Positions 53,115 through 64,000 of a stretch of DNA of 64,000 bases are shown here, in pieces. How positions within the stretch are numbered: the first letter of the stretch is position 1; every line of letters begins with the position of its first letter. The position numbers and the translations under genes are program-made. The stretch is taken from the NCBI RefSeq assembly GCF_004010195.1, contig NC_057726.1:61669835-61733834 (forward strand). Reading direction: 5' to 3'. The notes beneath the pieces were generated by a model. The model was not told the DNA's origin. It did no database searches and saw nothing but the letters and a program-made list of their open reading frames with translations. This DNA is from Chiloscyllium plagiosum (lineage: Eukaryota).

Positions 53115-53423
53115 CGCACACTGTCAGCAACGAGCCACTTTCAGCTCCAATGATGCTTTGCTGATGACTTATTTTACAATGATACATTCCAGAGTCTGCA
53201 AAAGTGACATTGAGGACATGAAGCAAGCCTCTTCCTTTCTGGACGTGAAATCGCTTTCTGTTGTCCGGTTCCAGAAACAATTCCTCATTGTGTCTCCACC
53301 AAAATACTTCAGGAACATCTTCAAATATGGGAAATGTGCAGAACATGGAAACATTGTCACCTCTGGCCGCCTTTAAGACTTTGGGAAACTGGTGTACTTT
53401 GCTCGAAGTCATTTTAGTGACTA
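53115..53423 (-). CDS. Gene A exon 2: Ig V-type (VJ) domain
   Basis: Acceptor ttttttttttcag|, donor G|GTAAGT, 309 bp, phase 1-1. It has the B-strand Cys (SMFC), C-strand Trp (VFWW), DSGMYHC, a J-like GAESGSLLTV end, and sequons NVS and NVT. Overlaps ORF 53086..53508. Confidence 0.93.
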
Positions 53424-53633
53424 CTGAAAAAAAAACACGTAAAACCATGATGCTAGTTGGGAGACAGCTGACATGGAAAAACAATGGAGGAGTAAAATGC
53501 ACAAACAATTAAGAACAATCACGCGCATCCAATTGGAGAAGCAGAGCATCTAACTTTGAGATGCAAAGTTTTTCTGAGTGTGAAATACAATCTAAATTAT
53601 TCTAACAGGGTAGCGAGTAACATTTAAGAGTAC

Positions 53634-53688
53634 CTGGCCAAGCTATACCCAGAAGAGTCATGAACAGAATTGCTGCTCTCACCGACAT
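53634..53688 (-). CDS. Gene A exon 1: signal peptide MSVRAAILFMTLLGIAWP
   Basis: ATG at 53688 in an AAAATGT context, hydrophobic core, phase-1 donor CCAG|GTACTC, and a 210-bp intron to the V exon. This is a typical IgSF leader exon. Confidence 0.85.
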
Positions 53689-53699
53689 TTTGTAAATGC

Positions 53700-53860
53700 G
53701 ATAGCGCAGGCTTCTTGCTGCAAACGACAGCAGTATTCTGTGTTGGGGGTGGGGCTAAAAATGAGATTCATAAATAATAATATTAACTGTGAGGCCATGA
53801 CATGAGGTATCACATGACTAATGCGGCGTATTGGGTGCGGTTGTACTTCTCTGTGAGAGT
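53700..53860 (-). promoter_or_regulatory. Proximal promoter of gene A
   Basis: Lies directly upstream of the ATG. The block TATCACATGACTAATGCGGCGTATTG is identical in paralog B. It contains an E-box (CACATG), an AP-1-like TGACTAA, a RUNX TGCGGT and a GGGGTGGGG box. Confidence 0.55.
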
Positions 53861-54858
53861 TTGTGGCGTTCGTGGTTCCTTTCTAACTCCTTGTTGAAAC
53901 ATTTCCAAATGAAGAGTGACGGTTTTGTTTTCCAGTCTCCAGAGGGACATTGCATTCCAAAAACCTTCTTTGTCAGCATTTACGTTTTATCGTTAGCTCA
54001 ATGCTGAAAATATCTCTTCAGGCCGCAGTACTCCAACTCCGTTATCTCAGCGATTCCCCTTCTCGTAAGTAACTGTTTATCCTGGGAGCTCTGAGTTTCA
54101 TGCCGCCATTATCTTTCACAACATTTGAACGTCCGAAATTCCAGCAGGAACCACTGGATTGATAATTATATTCATCTCCATTTCTCTTTAACAGAGCCGA
54201 TGGGAACCGTTTGGTCTTTATTTTAGCCGGAGTTAAATGAAAAAAAAAACCTTATTTCCAAACTATTTTCTGTTGGAGCTGTTAGTCTACACAATAATCA
54301 AGAAATAGTCACGGCATTGTGTTTGGTAATAACTGGTGACGGAACCGCGAGGGAAGAAACAAGCCTGCACCATGCCCATTTAACCCATTGCAAAGAAATG
54401 CGTAATCTTGTGGAAGTTACACACGTTTTGTAGACTTTCAGCTTGTTGCAGATGGCAGCTTGCTGACTGGAATTATTTAACATAAATTAGCAGACGAAAC
54501 TTATTCAGGAAGCCCGATGCTAACCATCATCAGCGGAGCTACACGGACATTTAGTCCACAACAGGTACGACTAGGTAGAAACACATTGCCACTGCGAAAT
54601 TCAACAGCATCTGAGTCTTTTACTAATGTGTCCACGTTCCGGCTGGTCTGACAGAATGTCGTTTATCCAATGTAGTTTATGCAATCAAACCTTTTATGGT
54701 AATTTTTACCATGAAAACTTTTCATACTTTTGAACGCTGCTAATTATTTTGATCAAGCAGAATAGCACTACCTCTTCAACATCACTGAATTTCCAACCCG
54801 AATATCATTCCAATAAATATCTTCCAACATCCTCTCTAAGGCCTCGATATTCCTCATG

Positions 54859-55076
54859 ATTCGGAGATGCCGCTGTTAGACTGGGGTGTACAAAGTTAAA
54901 AATCACACAACACCAGGTTATAGTCCAACAGGTTTAATTGGAAGCACACTAGCTTTCGGAGCGACGCTCCTTCATCAGATGATTATCACCTGATGAAGGA
55001 GCGTCGCTCCGAAAGCGAGTGTCTTCCAATTAAATCTGTTGGACTATAACCTGGTGTTGTGTGATTTTTAACTTGG
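54859..55076. mobile_element. Penelope-derived palindromic element with two hammerhead-like motifs
   Basis: Near-perfect inverted repeat at 54893-55074 and an 11-bp TSD TATTCCTCATG (54848-54858 and 55077-55087). Confidence 0.85.
54947..54981 (-). ncRNA. Minimal type I hammerhead ribozyme motif
   Basis: CAU-CUGAUGA-A-GGAGC(GUC)GCUCC-GAAA-GCUA^GUG: intact core, hairpin II, palindromic AGCU in place of helix III and a short helix I. Confidence 0.6.
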
Positions 55077-55394
55077 TATTCCTCATGGTTGAGCATAAGT
55101 CTCCAGGTTGAGGCTATTTCATGTTTAGTACAATTTATTTGCCTTATGTTTTACGCCTCATTGGCCCTCTAGCTTCAAACTATTGCAAACACACTGCAGA
55201 ACTTTACTTTTCATTAAATCTTCCTTCTCTTGGCAAACACTAAACCGGGAATCATTGCCTCTGCTTGCTTTTTAAAACTAGTTTATGAGCATTGAGACAA
55301 GGCAGGATTGTTGTCCATCCCAATCACCCTTGACGGAATCCTCTTTGTTCACTGTTACGTGGAGTAAGAAGTATGGCAGGTCTTGTTAATTTCT

Positions 55395-58300
55395 AATAAC
55401 TGTATAAATGAAGATTACAGGAAAGAACCTAATAAAATGACACCATGTCATGTTGCTTGTGTATTGCTGAGTAGTCAATGAATTGCTTAATTGTTCACTA
55501 CCATTCATATCTGGGTGTGGCAGGACTGCAGAGCTTCGATCTGATCTGTTGGTTGTGGGACTGTGTAGTCCAGTCTATCACTTGCTACTTGTGCTATTTG
55601 GCATGCAGGTAGTCCTGTTAGCTTCACCACGTTGACACTATATTTTGAAGCGTTCGTGGTGCTGCTTCAGGCATGTGTTCCTATCCTCTCCATTGGACCA
55701 GTGTTAATCAATTAGCTTGATGTTAATGGCTGAGTGAGGGATGTGCTGCAGTACAATTCTGCTGTTGCTGGTGGCGCGCAACTCCCTACAAATACACAGT
55801 CTTAAGTCGGTCCCATTCTGTGCATTGATTGTGCCACACAACATGGTCGAGTGTATTCTCAATTTGAGTTAGAACATCTTCTCCTCAATGACTGTGCAGT
55901 CATCACTCTTGATGAAACTGTCAGCGACAGATACACGTACAATTGACAAATTAGTAAGGATGAGGTCAAGCATGCTATTTGCCTTCTTGTTGTTTCTCTA
56001 ATCACCTGCCACAGCCCCAGTCTACCAGCTATATCCTTTAGGACCCGACAAGCTTGATCAGTAGTGCTGCTGCAGAGCCACTCGTGGTGATGAACATTGT
56101 AACCCCCCCACCCGGAATACATTTTTTGCTCTTGCATCCTCAGTGCTTCCTCCAAGTATTGTTCAACATGTAGAACCACTAATTCATCCGTCAAGGGAGG
56201 ATAGTATGTGATAATTAACAGAAGGTTTCCTTGTCGATGTTTAACCTGAAGCCCTAAGACTTCATGGGGTCTGGAGTCGATGTTGAGGACTCACAATGCA
56301 ATTCCACACTGACTGCGTACCACAATGCCGCCACCTCAGGTGGGTCTCCCCTGCCAAAATATTCTACAAGTGTAGTCGCTATTGTCATGAGCTGTTAACA
56401 ATTTCTGTATGGTACAGACCCACAATTAATGCAGATAATTATCCTTTTTTTTAAAACAGTATTTGGACAAGAAATAATGGTGAGCTCAAATGCAGAGAAA
56501 ATCTTCTTCCTACTCATCCAAATGTTTTGTGAGATGTTTTCACCATCATTTTCTTATTGAATGAATAAACTGTGCAAAATCAAATGGTGTTTTTGTTACT
56601 AACATTCAAATTTCATTTCTTTAATATAGGAATTATTATTCATTTCGAGAATACAGCAAAGTCAAACATTATATTCTGGACTCGACAATTCCAGTAGATG
56701 GAGCAAATGTGAATGTATTAATCATGTACGCATGATTTCAAGCTGACAGTATCTAGAAATTCAATTCTGTACTTGATCTTCACAATGACCTCTCGGTGCT
56801 CGACATTTCACTGGGCTCCAATTAAGTTCATTGGTAGTTGCAGGAACAGCACCTTCTGTTCTGTTAGGAATTTTGCAGTTTTCTGGACTTAACACAGAGT
56901 TTAGCTATTCTTGAAAACAATCTTGCGTTTTATTACTGCTTTTTTTCCAGCGGCGTACCTGCTCAATGGTACATACTCTGTTCATTATTTGTTTTCGCCC
57001 ATCGCTACTCTCCTTGGCTGTGCACGAGTAAGTCTCCAATCTTTCCTCTTCTGTGTTCCACCTATCCTGGAGCTCCCTTTTCACTATTTTCCATTCTCTG
57101 CATCCAATTGTTACACTTCTAAACTTTACAAAGTTCGAGTCAAAGAGCCCAGTCCTTGCAACTCACTCGGACTTTTATTCCACATCAGACAACCTACATC
57201 CAGAACCTCAACCTGAGCTACAAATCTTCTCAAAACTCCCTATCCACACACATCTATTCCTTCCACTGCAACAATGCGCAGTGTGTGCTGTCGACAAGAT
57301 GCACTGCAGAATTGCATCAAAGATACTTAGACAGCACGTTTCAAACCCTTGATCACGTCCATCTCGAAGGACAAAGGCAGCACATCGATGCGAACACCTG
57401 CAAGTTCCCCTCCAAGCCACTCACCATCCTGACTTGATAAAATAACACCGTTCTTTCAACTGCCACTGGGTCAAAATGCTGGAATTCCGTTCCTAAGGGC
57501 GTTATGGATCACCGTACAGTACATGGATTGCAGCAGTTCAAGAAGGCAGTTCACCACCACTTTCTCAACGACATCTAGGGATGGGCAATAAATGCTGGCC
57601 AGGCAGCGATGCCCATGTCCCACGTCCTACGAGTTAACAAAAATATGTTGCATATTCACAGACGTCTTTTCTTTGAAATATGCCTTTCAGGCTCTCTATC
57701 GTTCACATGCTAAAAATAACATCTTCTGGTGTTCTCACCAACATAGTTCAGGAATTGTACTTATAGATTTTCTAATTGCTGGGCACGCCACTCATCAGAT
57801 TGCTACTTGTTTTCGTATTTCTTTACACTACAACTGTTGTCACAAATTCAAAAGTATTTCATGGTTGTGAAGACTTTGGAGAGTGTGGCATGTATATTTA
57901 AATCACTTATTTTATCGATTGCTGATAATAAGATTTTGCAATGAAGTGATCTGTTTCCGTGTTACTTCTGGCCCAATCAACGATATTTCAAAAGCGAGTC
58001 AATGAAGTGTTGCATGAGAATAAAACATACGTATTTCACCAATTTGATATACCAGACATATGTGAAATTGATTGGAATTTAGCATTTCCTGAGGACTCTT
58101 GCAAGTTACAGAACTCAATGCACATGAAACACATTATGATGAAGGGTTATTCATAAGACTATAGCATTAAGCTGCCAGTTTTTTCTCCCCATCGTCCCTA
58201 TTTCCCAAATCCAGAGCCAGGTTTTTAATGGAATTCAGAACATTCAGTGAGAATTCCACATCTGATTCTCGGTATTCCGGTGACCGAAATCACAAACTTG

Positions 58301-58466
58301 ACACAGTAGCCCCAGGTCTTTGGCAACCACCAAGGTTATTGGATGTATTAATAACGAGTGTCTATCTGTTTCCCTTTGCACAAAACAACTGTATAAATGA
58401 ATATGGCTGGCAAGAACCTAATAAAGTGACTCCATGTCATGTATTGCTTGTGTATTGCTGAGTAAT
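55395..58466. repeat. Diverged direct repeat of about 80 bp (55395-55475 and 58384-58466)
   Basis: Shared aactgtataaatgaa...aagaacctaataaa.tgac.ccatgtcatg...ttgcttgtgtattgctgagta. Confidence 0.75.
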
Positions 58467-60377
58467 GGGGATCGTGATGTATTTAGAGATAATTTAGCAT
58501 ACCAATGTCGTCTTGTGAAATTCAGAAAGATGTACATAAAAAAGATGTTTAACACAATACTTCATCACATTGGTTCTGTTCTGGCTAGCATTCATCTCTC
58601 AACCAACCTCACTGAAGTATATTATCTGCTCATTATAATGTTTTTGTCTGTGGAGTATTTTTATGAGTCGCATGAGTACCATGTTTCCAACATGACAAAT
58701 TTAGACCGATAAAGCTTGTCAAATTGGCTGTAGAGCACTTTGGTAGCTCAATGCACTGCATGAAATTAAGGTCACTGAGAAATCTTTGAACCATAATGTT
58801 ATTCTCCATTAAAAGTGGATGTAAGTGCCAATTTTTTTTTCTAAATATTTACTGGCTTGATGTAACTTAATAAAGAGAGCCATTTACATCCCTCGATGTA
58901 GTCAATTGCGAGTAATTACTTCAAAAGAAAAACATAAATTATTCTCTATTGGATGTTCCTACAGAAAGTATAACTTTTTTTTCTCTAAAGTGAGTTGGAT
59001 TTAACATTGATATTAAGCATTTCATCTGGTTAGCTTTTTTTCCCTTTAGTGGCCAGTGGCAAGCAACGCCTTTTTCAGAGGGCAATGCCAATCTCCCAGT
59101 TATTATTTTCTTTCCTTACCTCTGCACCACCACCTAACTGCTCTGGTGCTTATTTTCCCCAGCACCCATGCTGTATTATTTGTATTCCACCATCAGGAAA
59201 AAGGAAACACCCGAGTGGTCAGTGACGAACGATGCCCTTTGGGTAGCTTAATTGGAGGTATGGTTAAGGCATATTTAAACTATTGGTGTTTAATTTCAAT
59301 TCTTCCTTTGGTAGATTCGAAATCTGACTTCTGTTCCTATAAATGGAAGTGTAAGGCAACATGAAACACTACTGACAAGCCCTGTCAGGTAAACGACCCA
59401 GATTGAAGCATCAGTGGAAATTAAACTAAGGACAAACTCAGAATGACAACTATGATTGAGCTGATATCAGGGCAATGCCTTCACATATTGTCTTTCAGCT
59501 AATGGCTTCGCATATTGCACGCGGAGGAATCGCTAAACATAGACATTGCAGAACTTTTGGAGAAATGTTTGGTTGATATGTGCGAAATCAAAAATAAATT
59601 TCTTAAATTATACTTCTTCCGAACGTCAAAAAGGTAACATGAGTGCGGTTTTAACTCGCACATGCTGAGATGCACGCAATGTCTAACCATAAGTGTTTCC
59701 ATTACTGTATTGGTTGTGATGACGTTCTGTTCTCCAAGTGGTTGCAATGATTAGCTAAGTGAAAAAGAACCGAGCTAGAGTTCTGATGTATTTTAGAAGG
59801 TAATTTGCAAGAGTTCACATTTGATCTGCAATAATTACTTCATAGAAAAAGAATACTGAAAATAAATTCGTCTGCGGCCAAAACGTCTGAATAGATTAAG
59901 TAACATATGAGAAGAATTTAAAAGGAAAAGGACGAATTGAGGCGAGTAAACCATAAGTAAATAAAGACAACTACACATGTGCACACTCATGCATGTAACA
60001 GTAAAACGAAAATATAGCATATGTTGAAATTATCATCAGGCCTTTTATTATCATATTTTTATACCACTGAGCAACACCAGATGGTGCTGCTTGATCAAAT
60101 AACAGCCTTTAAAAGGAAGAGAGAGGCAGAGTTTTTTTTTGTATTGAATTCCAGAGCTTTGCAACTGTGCAGCTCACGCCATATCCACTAACGATGAAAA
60201 TTAGAGATGGGCAAGCGATCAGAATTAGAACCAGAACAAAATTTTAATGTGATTACAGAACAGAGATGACCATTATAAAATAAAACCATTGCACAGTCAT
60301 TAGTCAATATAGATAAACCAGCAAGGGGGTGATGACTGAATTGGGAATTAGTAGAGTTACTGGCACATGCATGCAGA

Positions 60378-60378
60378 T

Positions 60379-60425
<47 letters not shown>

Positions 60426-60436
60426 TGCACACACAG
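60378..60436. repeat. (TA)n(CA)n microsatellite
   Basis: Seen directly in the sequence. Confidence 0.95.
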
Positions 60437-61964
60437 ACATTAGCAGTCTTACACTTATTCACATACTGGTGTAAGTGTGCACATATCAAAATCCACACAG
60501 TCATAAATACCTATATACACAGAGAAGACCAAATACAATAAATTGATAATGGAATTGAAGATGAAATAATACTGGCAAAGACAGGACAAGAATTGAAAGG
60601 CTGATGTAATAAAATAGTGCTTAAGTGCTTTCTACTAGCCCTTAATTAGCAAACAGATGGCAAAACGTTTTGTGGCAGCCATTGGTGCAAATCAGCGATT
60701 TATACTCTGAGACACCATGCAAAACAAGAGAATGTAATGAATATTTTGACTGATGTTTATCAAAGTAGATGTTGCAAACCAAGCATATATAGAAGTGAAG
60801 AGATTGGAAGAAATAAATTGTGCAAAAATGTCTGATCAGGATGTATTGGAAATTCTATTTGCCCTCAGAGTGGATAGGTTGCTTGGTTAAGATGACTTGC
60901 TTCGTGGAGCATAAATAAAAGTGAGAGTGGACATAACAGAAGAGATTGGTATAATCTTTCAAACTTCCCAAGAAGAGGTGGGGGGTGCAGCAGCAACACA
61001 ATTGGATAACAACAACGTTCAGTCGCTTCCATCTCAACCCATGATCCACACCCAGTGCCATGTGCCACCACAAGCACACTCTCAACCTCTCGCTTCATTA
61101 GCATCACGTGTCACTCTCCTAATCCCCAGTTCCATTTTATTCTTCCTTTCAGGTATTAAGGAACACAAGCTCCAAAAGCTCACCGACACCATGCCCTTCT
61201 GGATTCTTCCGTCTACTCCTTTTCTTTGACCTTATTCCATTTTCCAATTCCACAACTTGCTCTGTATCCACTCTGCCCTCTGAGTATTATCTATACTAAC
61301 AATGGTCAGTTACCTTGAAAGGCTGATATGCACTGGAGAGTGGTGTCAAAATCGTGGGCTTAATTCCTGCATTGGGTGGGGTTACAATGAAGGATTGTCC
61401 TTCTCAACCTCTGCACTTGCCTGATGTGTGGAGACCCTCAGGTTGAAACCAGCGTCTGTCATCTCTGTCTAACGAGAGGGCAACCTGATATTCTGATAAA
61501 ACTAAGATGATTACGTTTTGCACACTCTGACTTTCCCTTCAGATGCCGAACAATCACTACTGAACAAAAAAATTTCATTTCTCACTTTAGGTCCCCTTAT
61601 CTCAATGAATTACAGGCAGGCCATGAGGTTGAACTCTGGGGAAGGAGTCCACATGATGTTCCATGGATTCTTTCACCCACATTCAAGCACCCCCTCCCCT
61701 CAGTCTCTTGGCTTGATTTCTTCATTGAGACTTGTCAATTTGACAGTGATTGCCTTATTTTCTCTACTTCCCTTATATACTCTAACCTGTGTCCCTCTGA
61801 ATTTGCTGCACTCAATTCTCTCAGTTCAAATCTGGAATTTGTTTTCAAATTTGCCAGTCAGGGTGGTGCTATTGTCACCTACCTGGTATCAGCTGAGCAC
61901 TAATTGTCAGACAGATCCTCTGATCCTGAATCACAGAGATCTCACCTCCACAATTCACAGTGGA

Positions 61965-62958
61965 AACTTGTAACTAGTGGAGCGTGATGGGGATCAGTGC
62001 TGTGGCCAGAATTCTTCACAATATATATCAATGATTTGGATGAGGAAAGTGAATCCTCGATATCCAAGATTACAGTTGGCACAATGAACAGTAGGGACGT
62101 CCAGTGGTGAGAATGGCACAGAATTTGAAGAGTAGTATAAACACGTTATAAGAGTGGGCAACAGCTTGACAAATGTGAAGCAATGCACTTTGCCAGAAAG
62201 AATAGAGGAGCTGGATCTTCTTTAAGTGGACAAAAACTGTAAAAAGCTATGAAATGGAGAGATTCATGTGTTCTTGTCGATGAACACAAAATGCTAGAAT
62301 CTGAGTTGAACAGTTAATTTGGAAGGCAAGTAGAATGTTACCCTTTGTTTCAAAGGAAATGGAGTATAGAAGTAGGGCGATCCTGCTAAAAGACTACAAG
62401 GCTCTATTCATACCATAGCTGGACATCTGTGAACAGTTTTATTCCTGTTATCTAAGGATACATATATTGGCATTGGAGGCAATCCAAAGAAGGTTCACTA
62501 GGCTGATATCAAGTATGGAGTGACTGTCTTATGAATACAGGTTGAGTAGCTTGAACTTTTAATCATTATATTCAGAGTGGGAAAGCAATCTTATGGAAAG
62601 ATAGAAGATTTGTTTGGGACATGATAGGTTTGATGCTGAAAAGCTGTTTCTCCCTTGTGAGAAAGTCTACCATAGAGGGCATAATATCAACATCAAGCAT
62701 TACACATTTAGGATAGAGATGCAAAGGAATTTCATCTCTTGGAGTGTAGTGAGTCTATGGAATTCCTCTCACAGAAAGTTGTAAAGGATGAATCTTTCAT
62801 GATATTCAAGGCTGAGACAGATATGTTTTTATATAGATAATGGAATCAATGAATATGGCGAAAAGGCAGGAAAGTGGAGATGAGGACTATTAGATAGACC
62901 ATAACATCATTGTAGGTGAAGCAGACTTATGGACTGAATGGCCTACGTCTGCTCCAGC
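61965..62958 (+). mobile_element. Old CR1 3' region
   Basis: Degenerate SVLWPE..YINDLD RT motif and CR1 3' UTR. Confidence 0.75.
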
Positions 62959-63011
62959 GTATGTAAAGGGCATATCTTTTATGTCTTTCAGTCTGAGCAC
63001 CCTCTTCCCCT

Positions 63012-63064
63012 TTCTCTCTTTGTCTCTCTGTCTCTCTCTCTCTCTCACACACACACACAAACAC
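63012..63064. repeat. (TC)n(CA)n microsatellite
   Basis: Seen directly in the sequence. Confidence 0.9.
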
Positions 63065-63329
63065 GTCATTGTCATAAAAAAATCAAAGAAGAGTCATACA
63101 GGACTCATAACATTAATACCGTTTCTCCTTCCACACAATCTGCCAGGTATGCTGTGTTTCTTCTATGATTTGTCAACTGTTAATCAAGTTATCTACCAGC
63201 CGTCACTGTTCTTGCTTCTTTTTCAGTTGACGTACAATCAGCAACTTCTTGTGTTCCGTGGCTGACCATCATGCTAGTCACACTGCAAAAATATAACCTA
63301 TGTTCTGTCTAGTCAGACTTAACTCTGAA

Positions 63330-64000
63330 ATCTGCTTTGTTCTGTATTGTAATCAGCTTGGATAAAAATGAAGTGTCGGTCACCTGGGGTAGAGTTCTGT
63401 TGAATTAAAAAGGGATCTGTGAATCATTAAAGAAACAAGCACGCAGAATTACTGCACATAGAAAGACCAGTTTTGAAATTTATTGCACAGACTGGAATGT
63501 CAAAATAGCTTTGACTGTTGTTCTGGGAGTAGAAAAACGTAATTGAAGATTGCTTGAAATCTTTGACTGGTACTGTACTGAGATTAAGCAAAAAGGCTGG
63601 AAGTAGAACATAAAATTGGAATCTATCATAAAAGTTGAAATGTTTAAAGATTTTACACAACAATTAGAACTAAATGAATGGAAAACTGCAATTGATATGT
63701 TATCATTGATTTAAAATTCAACTAGAAATTAAAAAAGAAAAAGAAATGAAAGCAGGAATTGAAAAGATGAGAATGCAGGAAAAAATGGAAAGGGAGAAAG
63801 GCAACAAAAAAGAAAATTAAATTGGATGGAGTAAAGGAAAAAATACAATGAGAAATGGACTTTAAAAATATTATCAATAAATAGACATCAGAATTTTAAA
63901 AATAGTATAGGACTTGGCTACAGAAAAGTTTAGTATAATTCAGGAAATAATATATAGGTGCTCAAAAGAGGATTATTTTCAATTAAGGGATTTGATTTAA
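63330..64000 (+). mobile_element. Old gypsy gag-like fragment
   Basis: Frameshifted translation resembles the gag N-terminus at 6712-7000 and is followed by a K/E-rich coiled-coil-like stretch. Confidence 0.4.

Noticed and set aside
53086-53130. Recombination signal sequence after the V exon
   Set aside because: No CACAGTG heptamer with a spaced nonamer. The exon already includes the J-like strand and ends in a splice donor.
63080-63420. Plus-strand leader-like block and a C..W pattern (ALFCIVISLDKNEVSVTW)
   Set aside because: No ATG, in-frame stops, no properly spaced second Cys, and it runs into gypsy gag-like sequence.
1-64000. CRISPR arrays, rRNA or prokaryotic operons
   Set aside because: No repeat-spacer array or rRNA-like sequence; the window is intron-containing eukaryotic DNA.

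Overview
Repeat-rich vertebrate genomic DNA, most likely a shark (inferred from HE1-type tRNA SINEs, abundant CR1 LINEs and Penelope-derived hairpins), with one 677-bp assembly gap. The main content is a minus-strand cluster of non-rearranging, antigen-receptor-like immunoglobulin-superfamily receptors that the ORF track shows only in fragments. Gene A can be assembled by hand from six GT-AG exons with matching phases: leader 53634-53688, germline-joined VJ-type domain 53115-53423, C1-set domain 49941-50237, stalk and transmembrane exon with an Arg 44508-44636, and cytoplasmic exons 39775-39818 and 33215-33259. The product is 292 aa, and its ITIM is cut by a stop (LAYAT*). Paralog B survives only as a duplicated upstream region (about 10535-15385) and tail exons (about 7850-8730), whose two tyrosine motifs were lost by different mutations. 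Further decayed tyrosine-motif exons lie at 19.2-26.5 kb. The pattern suggests birth-and-death evolution of paired activating and inhibitory V-C1 receptors. Mobile elements include a Gmr1-type (integrase before RT) gypsy element with a related solo LTR, CR1, Rex/Babar and Penelope copies, and hairpin elements carrying minimal hammerhead-ribozyme motifs. All exon models are manual and have no transcript support.
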